From Octopus vulgaris (Eukaryota): 64,000 bases of DNA. How positions within the stretch are numbered: position 1 is the first letter of the stretch; each line of letters opens with the position of its first letter. The stretch spans positions 30,070,001-30,134,000 of the forward strand of contig OX597830.1 of assembly GCA_951406725.2 (NCBI GenBank). Direction: 5' to 3'. Position numbers and translations under genes: made by a program. This document shows, in pieces, positions 26,477-40,134 of this stretch. The notes below the pieces were generated by a model that saw nothing but the letters and a program-made list of their open reading frames with translations, ran no database searches and was not told the DNA's origin.

Positions 26477-26715
26477 AGGGTCGATAATATCGACCTCCAT
26501 TACTTGACTGGTACTTTATGTTATCAACCTCGAAGATATGAAAGGCGAATTCAACACCGGTGGGATTTGAACTTAGAAGATAATTCACCAAGTTGACTTC
26601 GTTTTTCATCCTTTCCTGTCGATGAAATAAAGTACCAGATACTCACTGGAATCGACATAATCACCCAGTTCCTTCCTCTTCAACATTTCAGGCCTTGTGC
26701 CGCTTGGAGGAATTA
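26477..26715. mobile_element. Two old SINE family B fragments in inverted (head-to-head) orientation
   Basis: CTGGTACTTTAT...ATGAAAGGCGAATTCAAC on the minus strand faces GTTGACTTCGTTTTTCATCC...ATAAAGTACCAG on the plus strand. Confidence 0.7.
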
Positions 26716-28486
26716 TTATAATAGAGAAATAGTAGTAATTAAGAATGATAATTATAATTTGAATTTAGGAGTATAAAATATAATGAATAATGGGATAAAC
26801 CAGGATATCCCATAAGTCAATATGTAAGTGAAGACCAATGGCTGATAGGTGCGTCTTTCACACCATTCGCTGGAATCATGATATATATTGGGACTCGGAA
26901 ATTTTCTTTTTAAGTTGAGATAGGATTTGCATTCTGACCTTGTAAAACCCTTATCAGCAACGACTACCCAAATAGAGTCATGAGTTGGAGAGTTGCCGCC
27001 TTCTGACTAGTGCTAAGGTTTCATCCGCCAGGAGTAGGAAATTATCAGATGCATGGATGCGCTGGTAGAGCGTATCCCCCCACCCATTTTATTACTATTA
27101 TTCTGAAACAATGAAAGGCAAAATTGACATCGGCAGCATATGAATTTAAATGATAAAGGGATAGAAAAAAATTGGCCATGGACATCCCCACCCACCTCCG
27201 TTCTAACGATTCTTCCAAATGGTCGACTACTTTCTCATATAGGTTATATTAGACTTACAGTTAACTGCTTTCTCCCATTCTTAGGGCCTGCTTATAATTT
27301 CATTATTAATAGGAACACATTTAGGGACGCCAATTTTGCTGCTCTCATTCGCCTTTCATAAAATTACTTGTGAAGATTATTTCTATCCTTGTTCTCATCT
27401 TTCGCCTCAAATGGCTATTGAAGGAGTTAACGAGTGTTTGGTCTGAGAATCAAAGCTTTGTCCCAAATCCTTATGTAACGTTCACCTCACAACGTCTTCC
27501 GCCATAGCCAGCAATTAACAACAAAGAAATAGGTTCAAAACTGACTTGGCTGATAGCTGGGTCCTCTAATCAACAATGCACATAAACTCACATTTAACAT
27601 ATAGTAGACGAGTGCGTGATGCTCCATTTAGTGTTTCTGTTCACTTCATGGGCAGGCTCGGTTGCTAGTTACTACAACACGCCCATACTCGTAGAGTTTC
27701 TTTTATCCTAAACAAACTAACACCATTGGAACACAACTAAAACAAAGGACTTCGGACATTGTCCGTTATCTTTCATCTAAAATATCTCCAGAAGATAATA
27801 CTCAAGCAGTTCACATATTTGCCATGAATAACTCCTAGGTCTTAGTTTCAGACTAACGTCATCGCTCAACTTTTGGCGTGCTGTGTACGCCTGGCAAAAT
27901 TTCCGTTGTCAAAAGGGAAACTTCGCTCAGCGCTTAACACAGGAATGTAACTTGCTCTAAAAGACAAACCACCCAAAATGTTTCGCACAGTTGGTAAACA
28001 CACTTGCTCAAGGTCTACATCGTTGTCCAGAAAACTCTGTAGGTAAATGTGCTTCAGTAGCTGATTGCGCACCATCTGACATTATTTTCCTATAACTCTT
28101 TGAATTGGTATTGTTAGGAGATTGTTGTGATTTTCGTTTATGATATGAACAATATTTGTAAGGAAATTTTCCGAAAAAATAAAATAAAAAGGAAAATATT
28201 GGACCTGGTGTGTCAAACAAAAACGATCCAATTTGGGGGGCCTGGAACTAGAGCACAAGATACTTGCTTAGGATACTGTGTTGCTGGACTGTACTCGTGG
28301 TTTTGAAGCGACCTTTTTAACCAGGCTATTACAGTGTTTCATTGTGAGTGTGAATGATTAGATAATTCGATAGATCGTACCAACATACGCACACATGTAT
28401 TCACATACATACATATATATACATACATACATACATACACTTACATATCTATGTTTGTGTTTGTGTCTGTATATACATATTTATAT

Positions 28487-28601
<115 letters not shown>

Positions 28602-28884
28602 CTTGCACACACACGCACATATCAATTCGTGCGAGAATATCGACATAAACTAAGTTTGCATTTATGGAACTGGTTTGGCTATTTAATGCTTCTTAATATA
28701 ATTTCCAAGATTTTTGTTATATTTCTCAAACATTTGTTTAATCAATTATATTTTCGAAGTGTTTAATTCATTTAGTAACTCATGAAGTGCTAATTGGTAG
28801 AAAATGTGAACATTTGACGGCATGGCACGAGAAGGAAACAATGAGGTGCTGGTATGTGTTTATGTTAGTATAATGGGAGGCAGA

Positions 28885-29420
28885 GATGGCGCTGAAGATG
28901 ATGAGAACAGGGATGACGTTTGTGTTGATGATGAAGATGATAGCAATGGAGAATATCATGACGACGACGTCGATGATGGTGGTGATGGTGGGTGGTAGTG
29001 GTGGTGGTTGTAGTGGTGATGGTGGTAGTGGTGGTGGTGGTGGTGGTGGTGGTGGTGGTGGCGGCGGTGGTGGTGGTGGTGGTGGTAGTGGTGTTGTTGC
29101 TGTTCTTGTTGGTGGAGGTAATGGTGGTGGTTTTGATGATGATGAAGATGATGAAGGTGATGAAGGTGGCAAAAGTATTTATACTGAAGTTGAATCGTTT
29201 TGTAACTGCTGTCGCTAATGATGATTATCGTGCTGGTGATGGTAGTTACTATGCTGCTGCTGCTGCTGCTGCTGATGGTGATGATGATGATGTTGATGAT
29301 GATGTTGATGATGATGATGATGATGGTGGTGGTGTTGTAGTGATGTTAATAGTAGTGGTGGTAGTGGTGGTGGTAATAGTGACGGTGGTGGTGGTGGTGG
29401 TGATACCATGATAGTGCCAC
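28885..29420. repeat. Compound (GAT/GGT/GCT) trinucleotide microsatellite
   Basis: Triplet blocks. Source of the poly-G/V/P/H ORFs. Confidence 0.9.
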
Positions 29421-29460
29421 TGGTGTTGTTTTTTTATTGTAGCGATGGCATCTATTCACA

Positions 29461-29741
29461 AATACCTATTTCTTTACTACCCACAAGGGGCTAAACGCAG
29501 AGAGGACAAACAAGGACAGGCAAACGGATTAAGTCGATTATATTGACTCCAGTGCGTAACTGGTACTTAGGCGCAGGAGTGGCTGTGTGGTAAGTAGCTT
29601 GCTAACCAACCGCATGGTTCCGGGTTCAGTCCCACTGCGTGGCATCTTGGGCAAGTGTCTTCTGCTATAGCTCCGGGCCGACCAATGCCTTGTGAGTGGA
29701 TTTGGTAGACGGAAACTGAAAGAAGCCTGTCGTATATATGT

Positions 29742-29772
<31 letters not shown>

Positions 29773-30127
29773 GTGTATGTAGGTGTGTGTGTGTTTGTGT
29801 GTCTGTGTTTGTCCCCCTAGCATTGCTTGACAACCGATGCTGGTGTGTTTACGTCCCCGTCACTTAGCGGTTCGGCAAAAAGAGAACCGATAGAATAAGT
29901 ACTGGGCTTACAAAGAATAAGTCCCGGGGTCGATTTGATCGACTAAAGGCGGTGCTCCAGCATGGCCGCAGTCAAATGACTGAAACAAGTAAAAGAGTAT
30001 TTAATCGACCAGGAAAGGATGAAAGGCAAAGTCGACCTCGACGGAATTTGAACTCAGAACGTAGCGGCAGACGAAATACTGCTAAACATTTCGCCTGGCG
30101 TGCTAACGATTCTGCCAGCTTGTCGCC
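29461..30127 (-). mobile_element. SINE family B copy interrupted by a family A SINE
   Basis: The host sequence ...CTGGTACTTA|TTTAATCGACC... is split at 29569/29998. Confidence 0.9.
29570..29997 (+). mobile_element. SINE family A, full length, nested in family B
   Basis: Complete from the GGCGCAGGAGTGG head to the AAGTAAAAGAG tail. Confidence 0.95.
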
Positions 30128-30145
30128 TTACACAAATACCACTGT

Positions 30146-30382
30146 CTTTTACTCTTTGCCAGTCATTCATTACATTGCGGTCATGCTGGTGCACCGCATT
30201 GAAGAAACATTTCGTCGAAGTTATTGACTTTTAAGTCTGGTGCTTATTCTATATACGATGATCTTTTTTTTTCAGTTTACCTCTACCAAATCCACTCCCA
30301 AAATAATTGGTCGGTCAGAGGCTCTTGTAGAAGATACTTGCCCAAGGTAATACGCAGTGAAACAAAAACCAAAACCATGTGG
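30146..30382 (-). mobile_element. Old SINE family A copy, head interrupted by a family C SINE
   Basis: Contains CTTTTACTC, GCGGTCATGCTGGTGCACCGC, TACCAAATCCACTC and ACTTGCCCAAGGT. Confidence 0.75.
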
Positions 30383-30393
30383 TTCGTTGAAGT

Positions 30394-30677
30394 CGTTGCC
30401 TGGCTCATAGGGACGCTTTCTCGATTTCCTTGGCATATAGGTTCCCCACCTGGACGGGACGCCGGTCCGTCGCAGGTGAGCTGCAAGATGCAGGAGGAAA
30501 GAGTGAGAGAAAGTTGTGGCGAAAAAGTCCGCAGAACTTCGCCATTACCTTCTGCCGGAGCCGCGTGGAGCTTAGGTGTTTCGCTCATAAATACACACAT
30601 CGCCAGGTCTGAGATTCGAACCCGTGATCCCTCGACCGCGAGTCCGCTGCTCTAACCACTAGGCCATGTGCCTCCAC
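30394..30677 (-). mobile_element. tRNA-derived SINE (family C-related) with 11-bp TSD
   Basis: Head GGAGGCACATGGCCTAGTGGTTAGAGC...GGTTCGAATC. Shares CCTGCGACGGACCGGCGTCCCGTCCAGGTGGGG with 16534-16780. TSD TTCGTTGAAGT at 30383-93 / 30678-88. Confidence 0.9.
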
Positions 30678-31892
30678 TTCGTTGAAGTTACCTTATAATA
30701 ATTCGTAGTTTTACTTCTCCATCCGACATATGTATTCTACGTTGTTTTGTACGCAGTATCTGCCTAGAGTGGAATCTAGAGGAGTTCTGCAGCTATATAC
30801 TGGGTGTCGAGGAAGATAAGTTACAGGCTCGGTTGTCACCCCATTTGTTATAAAGTACGATGGGATACAGGCTAAGTTGGAATGTTCTTGAGTGACGGGT
30901 CCGGTTCCACTCGTCCCGGAAATATCCTCAATACATCCCTACTCTCGTATTTACTTTCGTCTTAGTAAATATATGTGAAGATATGAGTGTGACTGCGTGC
31001 GTTGATTTTCCTAAATGAGTACGAAGGTTGACGTGAATATTACCGCCTTCCTCATATCCCTCTATCACTCCTACCATGTACTATGTCGCACACTTCACAT
31101 TATATTCTGTTATACCAATGAACTTGGGCAAAAAATTGGAAAATTGGATTATATTTGGGCAAACATCTAACTTCGCCTTATATTTTTCGCGGATTATATC
31201 AAGCAAGAGAGTCAATTTTATTGCACAATAGGGGTAACTGGCTTGTGCAATAATGACAATCGAATTGCGAGTACACGTGTATGTCATATAAATCTTAAAA
31301 ATACAATTACGCTTTCTGTGTTTATCTTTATTATATTAATACTCACAATAAAAGTTTGAGAGAGCTAACGGTGCGTCAACTCAATGTGTCGTTAACTGAA
31401 AGAGCTTGAAAATCGCTGATGTGGAACGTCGCTCATATATATCTGTATAACTATAATCACCACGCACAAACACTTTTTTTTTTTCGGTTCTGAAATGTAT
31501 AAACTACTAGAAGATACTTATAATGGTGTTGAGCTGTTGAACAAATACATAAGATTGGCTCGAAGATGGATCATTTGGTTGAAAAGAAAGCTCACAAAAG
31601 AAAAATAATTACGGGCAACACTTCAACCAGAAACTAATTCGCTTATGTAAGTCTCAAATTTTTACTAATACCTGAACTGAAACTTAGCAACAGTACCACT
31701 AACAACAACAACACTAACACAACTAAACAACAATAATGCTTCAATCACCACCATTGCCAATATCTACTCTCTTCATATTGAGAAGGTTCGTCCCAGTTTA
31801 AACGTTCGACTTAACAGACCTATCAGTTGAATTTCCCTCAGATCCTGCCGTCACATAATGCAACACATTTTATTATGGTTGTCCAGAGGAAA

Positions 31893-32120
31893 GGCAGTGA
31901 GTTTGCTGACTCGTTAGCACGTCTGATAAAATTCTAAGCAGTATTTCGTCAGGAATTTTTACGCACTGAGTTCAAACTCAACTGAAGTTAACTTTGTTTT
32001 ACGTCCTTTCCCTATCGATAACAAAATGTAAAAGTCAAGTACTGGGGACGATGTAATCGACTTTCCACAACCACTCCCCATCTCAACAGTGCTGGCCCTG
32101 TGGCAAAATTAGAAATAATT
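31893..32120 (+). mobile_element. Old SINE family B monomer
   Basis: Diverged head, TGAGTTCAAA, central domain and CTGGGG..GATGTAATCGAC. Confidence 0.75.
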
Positions 32121-32123
32121 ATA

Positions 32124-32352
32124 TAGGGTGTTCAAAACGTCTCTCCACGGTATTCAATGGTTTTCGGGTGATTCTTGTACACTGACTCTTTACTTGCTCC
32201 CCAGAATAAAAAGTCTGGCGGTGTTAAATCAGGTGCTCTTGGTGGCCAAAGTCATTTCGAAATAATCCGTTGGCCGAAAGCTCTTGAAGTAGCGCCATGG
32301 AGATGTGCAGGACGAAAAGAATTCACTGCGGAGAGACTTTATGAACACCCTG
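32124..32352 (-). mobile_element. Internally deleted Tc1/mariner-superfamily element
   Basis: About 28-bp TIRs, (C/T)AGGGTGTTCA.AA.GTCTCTCC, with TA on both sides. The internal minus strand encodes WPPRAPDLTPPDFLFWGASKESVYKNHPKTIE, the transposase 'WPPRSPDL.P.DFFLWG' motif. Confidence 0.9.
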
Positions 32353-32832
32353 TATAATCCAAAGAGTACAGCTGCGAGTTGACTGAACTGTAATCACATC
32401 GAACGGAATAACTAAACCATTGAAATAAAAGATTATGTATACGAGGGTTCTGTGTGTTTGAGAAAATATAATAGAATTGTTATGGCTGGAATCATTTTGA
32501 CTATAATTATGCTCAATCAGGGCCGATATGGAACTAAACAAAAACGACGTTGATGATATAAACGTACCACCATGGCAAGCACCGTCACCCCCCCCACACA
32601 CTGCTATCTTTACTACCCACCTGTATCACCACAAAGGCTAACGTCTGAGCTCGTCTTATAGTGTTGACGTGTCATTCACCTCAGTTTTCGTTGCCGATGT
32701 CATTTTTGTTGTTATTGCTATTGCTGTTGCCGTTGTTATTGTTCTCGTTACATGAGTCATTATTTTTTTTTTCAGATTTAATATAAGTGTCTGTGGGTCT
32801 GTATCCATATATATTTCTTTATAAAAAAAAAA

Positions 32833-32868
<36 letters not shown>

Positions 32869-33100
32869 ATGTACTTTTATGTCTTGCTTTGTTCTTTTTT
32901 TTTCATTTAGACAACAGCTGCTACCTGCTCTAATATTGCATAAAATGCTTTCTTTTAAACTTTCTTTACTTTCAACATTTTAACAAACATTAAGAGTGTT
33001 TTAATTGATGTCGATAATAGTGCTGCTACTACTACTGCTACTACTATTACCACTACTAGTACTACTACTACTACTACTAATAATAATAATAATAATAATA

Positions 33101-33153
<53 letters not shown>

Positions 33154-33291
33154 GTAAATAACATTGTTTGTTATCACCGTTGCTTCGGCTGCTGCCGTTC
33201 TAGAACATGTTGGGAAATTAAAAAGCTATGATTAGACTGGCAGCATGATCTAATTTCTTGTTTAGTCTAGGAACAGGAAGGTATAAGCTTG

Positions 33292-33376
33292 GGCGTAGGC
33301 AGGCGTGGCGGTGTGGTAAGAAGTTTCACTCCTAACCACATGGTTCGGGGTTCAGTCTCACTGCGTGGCACCTTGT
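33292..33376 (+). mobile_element. SINE family A 5' fragment
   Basis: Only the tRNA-like head is present; it runs into (TCTA)n. Confidence 0.75.
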
Positions 33377-33410
33377 CTTTCTGTCTATTTGTTTATATAT
33401 CTTACCATCC

Positions 33411-33473
<63 letters not shown>

Positions 33474-33486
33474 CATCTATCTATCC

Positions 33487-33520
<34 letters not shown>

Positions 33521-33601
33521 TTGTATGCTTATCTATACACCTATCTACCTAGTAACTTACCTACCTGCCAACCTACATTTCTCTCTATATATATATATAC
33601 A

Positions 33602-33633
<32 letters not shown>

Positions 33634-33953
33634 CATATGTGTGTATGTGTGTAAATATATGTGTGTACATCTATCGATCAACATGTTCCATATACATGCA
33701 AACATAAATACTCACTTAAGCCCACATTCACACAAGCACACATACACACTAGGTACGAACACGCAATTATAATAGAGGAGTGCGGGATTAGTGCTTGAAA
33801 TAATCCAGACCCATAAAATCCAACCTTATAACCAGATTAATAATAATTCTACAGACAAGCGCCTACATTTGGTTACTGTTATCAGATATGTCATTTATAA
33901 ACAATGTTATGAATACAAAACCATAAATATATATGACAAAGAAAAAATATATT

Positions 33954-34056
33954 CCTTGATAAATCTTTACAGCTGTTTCAAGATATAATCCTTGATGGAT
34001 CTTTACAGCTGTTTCAAAATATAACCCTTGATAGATCTATACAGCTGTTTCCAGAT
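33954..34056. repeat. Three tandem 36-bp units containing TACAGCTGTTTC
   Basis: Units start at 33954, 33990 and 34026. The motif is the reverse complement of GAAACAGCTGTA, the hammerhead 3' half seen at 2363-2374. Confidence 0.9.
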
Positions 34057-34297
34057 TTTTTGGTGTATTAGTGAATATCTGAAATTTGCTGCATCAATAC
34101 ACATCAGACAATTAGAAATTATTATCAACATGTATACATGATATATTGATATGATCGAACTCTAAAGACCTACGTTCCGAGTTTTACTTACAGAACGAAG
34201 AGTGGCATACGATCCTTCCTTCCAAAAAAATTAAATAGCGTAAATGATATAATGCCAAATACACGTGCATGTCCATCTGTATTCTCTTTTATATCAA

Positions 34298-34456
34298 TGT
34301 ATGTATGTATGTATTTATGTGTGTATGTATGTATGTATGTATGTATGTATGTATGTATGTATGTATGTATGTATGTATGTATGTATGTATGTATGTATGT
34401 ATGTATGTATGTATGTATGTATGTATGTATGTATGTATGTATGTATGTATGTATGT
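34298..34456. repeat. (ATGT)n microsatellite
   Basis: Direct tandem repeat. Confidence 0.95.
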
Positions 34457-34682
34457 GCACTAGAATATCACATTGGTACCCGATATTTGACTCTTGCGTA
34501 ATTCTACCAATACCTGTGGAAGGGATATGAAAGTTAATCTCGGCGCACTTGGTGATCCGAAATCAGAACATAAAGAACCTTACATGTTACAAGGTACTTT
34601 GTCTGATGTCCTAGTGGTTATTTCAGTTGACCGGTCTTCTATCACAGATCCTTTCGCTCTCTTTCTCTGTGTATATATGCAT

Positions 34683-34731
<49 letters not shown>

Positions 34732-34825
34732 AATATATATATATATGTATATTCTTCTATTTTTCATTCTTTTACTTGTTGCAGTCATTTTACTGTGACC
34801 ATGCTGGAGCACTGCCTTTTTAGAT

Positions 34826-35174
34826 GCTTTGGGAACCAGACAAAAATTGCTGCAGCTCCGCTGGGATGTGTAACCCCACCCTCCAAATTCACCAGATATT
34901 GCTCCTTCAGATTTCCACTTATTCAGGTCTCTGCAGAATAGTCTTAACGGTAAAAATTTCAATTACTTGAGTGACGTAAAAAGATACCTTGATGAATTCT
35001 TTGCCATGAAACCACTTCAATTCTGGGAAGAGGGTATTTTCAAGTTAAAGGAAAGATGGAGACGCATTGTGCTACAAAATGGTTCATATTTGGTTGATCA
35101 AAAATGTAATGGCAAGTATTTATTGACTTTTTTCTTTCCTTTAAAAATCGGCACGAACTTTCCGAACAACCCAA
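34826..35174 (+). mobile_element. mariner transposon 3' fragment (transposase C-terminus plus right TIR), pseudogenised
   Basis: Reads TRQKLLQLRWDV*PHPPNSPDIAPSDFHLFRSLQNSLNGKNF...LDEFFAMKP..FWEEGIFKLKERWRRIV.QNGSY. Ends ...GCACGAACTTTCCGAACAACCCAA|TA. Confidence 0.92.
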
Positions 35175-36386
35175 TATACTTGTTACTCTTAAGTATTGTC
35201 TAACAACCATAGGAATAACAGAGAAATGGGCCGGATCGCGCCTTTCTCAGAACATTACCAACCTAATTAGCGATTAGCATATTTAAGTTTGGAAGAACAT
35301 CTTGTTTACGAGCTCAGTTTTCCGGGACCAAATCTCTTGATCCCTGATTTCCATCATTATTACAAAATATATATCTAATGATTATGTTTTGCTGTTTTAT
35401 CCTTCCCATCTTCTTATTTTGAAAATGGATATTTTGCAAAACACACGTGCGAATATATTTGAATCTCAGGTATATAAAATATCTACACGTGCGTTACTCT
35501 GCTTTTGTCAGCGTTTCTGTTTGTCTGCATGAGTGGCAGCTGTTCGAGTTAACAGGGTGTCACATTGCAAGCAAAACAGAGTCGACGACAATTCGTATGC
35601 TAGAACAAGCTGCACTGTTTCCATTCATAAAACAAATATGACAGACTTCAATTTAGCTGTAAATAAATAACACGATTCCGTAAAACCCATTGCGCATAGA
35701 CCAGTATATAATTGATTTCTCTCGGTAACACACAAAGCATCCCTTCCTAGGAAACAAATACATACGGATAGATCGATGAAGCGTCAGTACACATACATAT
35801 ACATACACACACACACATGCACGCGCGCAACATAGAAATACCTGCATACATACATACATACATACACACACACACATATACACATACACACACACATATA
35901 TATATACACATATATGTGATAGTCATTAAAACCCTGTTTGAATATTGCTTGCTTGCAATGTTACTCAACCAAACTGGCGAATAACGAGAAAATACTATAA
36001 ATGAACTAACCTTGAAATGTTAATACGAACAGAATGAAATAAGTTTCGAGTAAAACGGAGCAGTAATTATTGAGATACTCAGGGCTTGCGGGGTATAAAT
36101 ACCCAAAACGGTGCATACTGTGGAAATGTTCCGAATTTAACTTTATCCTGAAAAGGAAAAACTCTAAACTATCGAAGTTGCATTAGTTGAAAGCATGCGA
36201 AATAACCTGGAAAAGAAAAAACCCGCGAAATAAAACTCCGTTTCTGGGAAACTCAGAGTTTCACGGTGACCCGGAAACACAGAGTTCCCTGGTCAGAGGT
36301 AGTCTAGCATATATATATATATATATATACATATTTTTCTCTCTAGTTTCAGCTCAGTGCTGCGGCCATGCTGATGCACCGCCGTT

Positions 36387-36475
<89 letters not shown>

Positions 36476-36477
<2 letters not shown>

Positions 36478-36690
36478 ACAACTGATGATGCGGAATATTC
36501 TTTATGCTTCATGTCTAGTTTCTCTGTTTTTTTCGTTGTTCGAAAAAATATTAGTTTTCTATGTTTTTGTTTTTATGTTTTCGTTTCTCATTGTTTTCAA
36601 CGTTTTTTGATGTCCTGTGCATGTATATATACATGTAGGTATGTACTTATATGTATGTATATATGCATATATTTATATATTATTCATATT
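36476..36690 (+). mobile_element. Dispersed repeat (paralog of 12885-13170) inside (TA)n
   Basis: Shared blocks listed under 12885-13170. (TA)n lies on both sides. Confidence 0.55.
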
Positions 36691-36702
36691 TATATATATA
36701 TT

Positions 36703-36758
<56 letters not shown>

Positions 36759-36764
36759 TAGATA

Positions 36765-37098
36765 GGCGCGTGGCTCAGTGGTTAGAGCATCGAGCTTACG
36801 ATCGTGAGGTTGTGAGCTCGAATCCCAGACCGGGCTGCGTGTTGTGTTCTTGAGCAAGACACTTTATTTCACGTTGCTCCAGTTCACTCAGCTGTAGAAA
36901 TGAGTTGCGACGTCACAGGTGCCAAGCTGTATCGGCCCTTGCCTTTCCCTTGGACAACATCGGTGACGTGGAGAGGGGAGACCGGTATGCATGGGCGACT
37001 GCTGGTCTTCCATAAAACAGCCTTGCACAGACTTGTGCCTCAGAGGGTAACTCTCTAGGTGCAAACCCATGGTCAGTGTCTGACCGAAGGGGGTCACC
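36765..37098 (+). mobile_element. tRNA-derived CORE-like SINE with a distinct 3' tail
   Basis: A box TGGCTCAGTGG and B-box-like GAGCTCGAATCCC. The CORE-like block is shared with 16534-16780, but the tail differs. Confidence 0.85.
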
Positions 37099-37103
37099 AA
37101 AAT

Positions 37104-37142
<39 letters not shown>

Positions 37143-37969
37143 TAGATAATAGAGATATAGATATATTTGCGCCATCACTGTACGTGAAGGCAAATTCCAC
37201 TCTTATAACATCAGGTTAGTGTAGAGGTTAAAAACACCCACTGTGTACCCTTTTCAGCCTCATCCACATTGTTCACCCTCCATCCATGCGGCAAATGAGC
37301 TATGGCTCAGAAAAGTTGGTAATCTGATGATGCAAGGTGAGGCAGCATATCCGGTCCCTAAAGTTTGCCCTTAAATCACATTAGCAGTGTGTGCTGGGGT
37401 ATGGTCAAGCTGTAGGAATACACCTCTTCGATTGACTAATGCCGGGTAGCAGGCTTTCAAACTATCACAAAATTGTCATTGCAGTTGTTGAGCACAATAA
37501 AAGTTAGCGTTCTCAGCATGACCATTAGAGGCAAGCTCAAAGTGCAACATCCCTCGAAATTTGACCAAATACATATAACATTCTATTCGAACTACCCAAG
37601 TTTGAAAACATATTCTGAAGCTTGGCTAGAACGAAGAAAACTTATTTCTCTTATCAGAATTATGAAAATAGGATCCATTTTTCATCCTCAGTTACAATTC
37701 GTTGCCCAAATCCGGCATCTTGCGGATTTGGCAGCAGTTGTTTGCAAATATTCACACGACATTGAGACTGATCATTGGTTAGTTTATGATGAACTTCTCG
37801 ACGGCTTCAGTTTGTTGGGGTGACGATTGAAGGTACTTTGTGAAGGAACAAGTCCTGCCGTTATTTTACCTTTCGGCGTGAATAAAATAAGAACCAGTTA
37901 AAAACTGGGGTCGATATAATCGACTTACCCTTACCCCGAAATTGCTAGCCATGCGCCAGAATTTGAAAT

Positions 37970-37980
37970 GATTATTGTTA

Positions 37981-38062
<82 letters not shown>

Positions 38063-38115
38063 TATTATTATTATTATTATTATTTTATCATCTTCATCAT
38101 CATCATTATTATCGT
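37970..38115. repeat. (ATT)n microsatellite
   Basis: Direct tandem repeat following a family B 3' fragment at 37857-37970. Confidence 0.95.
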
Positions 38116-38124
38116 TATTTTTAA

Positions 38125-38438
<314 letters not shown>

Positions 38439-38491
38439 GTCCCCATCATTCTTCAGCCTTGTGACAAATAAATCAAATCGTTGTTATAAAA

Positions 38492-38734
38492 GGTGACGTG
38501 CTGGCAGAAACGTTTGCACGCCGGGCGAAATGCTTAGCCGTATTTCGTCTGTCTTTACGTTCTGAGTTCAAATTCCGCCGAGGTCGACTTTGCCTTTCAT
38601 CCTTTCGGAGTCGATTAAATAAGTACCAGTTACGCACTGGGGTCGATGTACTCGACTTAATCCGTTTATCTGTCCTTGTTTGACCCCTCTGTGTTTAGCC
38701 CCTTAGGGTAGTAAAGAAATAGGTATTTCGTCTG
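38492..38734 (+). mobile_element. SINE family B unit plus the start of a second unit
   Basis: Ends AAAGAAATAG|GTATTTCGTCTG. Confidence 0.9.
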
Positions 38735-39455
38735 TGTGTCTGTGAATGTGCGTGTGCGTCTCTACACATTTCTGTAGATATTTAAAGAAATAGATGATAT
38801 ACATATTGTATATAACGATATAAATTCCGGTGTATATATGCGTATATAATGTATATAAGTACTACGAATGTATGCATGCTTGTATGTACATACTTATCTC
38901 TGAACATCCAGACGTAAATATCTACGAATCCGCGTCGATACGTGTACACACTTACATACGCATGTATGTATTTATGTATGTATGTATGTATGTATGTATG
39001 TATGTATGTTTGAATGCATGTCTAAACGTATATATATGAATTTATGTCTGTATGCACGTATGTATGTGCGTATGCATATATATATATGTGTGTATGTATA
39101 TATGTATCTATGTATCTATGTCTGAATATATATATATATTGGTGTGTATGTACGGATGAATGTCCGTATGCATTAATGCACGTATGTATGTCCGTATGCA
39201 TGCATTAATGCACGTATGTATGTATGTGTATGTATGTATGTATGTATGTATGTATGTATGTATGTATGCATGTATGTAAGACTGTCTATAAACGTAAACT
39301 TATATCCTATCGCAACTTTTATATCTGTTGCCGCACTTTTAATTTTGAGTTCTGTTACTTTACTATCTTTTTTATACTTCCTACATTCAATCACTTTCAT
39401 TTATACTTTATTCTGTATTGTTTATGAATTTACTACATCCTATATGCGATATACA

Positions 39456-39507
<52 letters not shown>

Positions 39508-39754
39508 TATATTAATCATGTGATGTTGGCATATTTTGTGGTGCACTTAGTTATTGACATAATTGTGTCAATTCATAGATTTTGTCTTTTTATAGACTGG
39601 GCATTCTGACAAGTGAAAATCTCTTCTCTTGCAAATTATTGCATGATCAAGATTTCGGTTTTCTTTTCTGTATTTATGTTTTTTTTTCTCTACCATTTCT
39701 TTTTTATTTTTGTCTCCCTTAACATCACCTACGAAATATTTTACAAGAAACGTA

Positions 39755-39796
<42 letters not shown>

Positions 39797-40134
39797 CATA
39801 CATAGCTATATACATATAGTTAGATGGATACATATACACTTCAAAATATATATGAATGAATATATATGTATATATATATATATGTATATATATATATGTA
39901 TATATATGTATATATATATATATATGAATATATATATATATTTGTATATATATATATATATATATATATGGCAAAATCTCACACGGCCTTATGGTATTTT
40001 TGCTTCTCGATATAATTTCAAAAATGTTCTTACCATCTACAGTAATTTTTTGGGTGGTAATTTTAACTCTTTTTTTTCTTCTTTTATGTTAAGTACATCA
40101 CTTTCTTTTTCATATATTTATTATCTTCATCTAC

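Noticed and set aside
33954-34056. CRISPR-like 36-bp repeats
   Set aside because: The units are contiguous with no spacers, there are no cas genes, and the context is eukaryotic.
37258-37336. Candidate 79-nt plus-strand exon (TTTTCAG ... AAG|GTGAGG)
   Set aside because: The peptide PHPHCSPSIHAANELWLRKVGNLMMQ is unrecognised and has no partner exons; chance splice-like sites are common.
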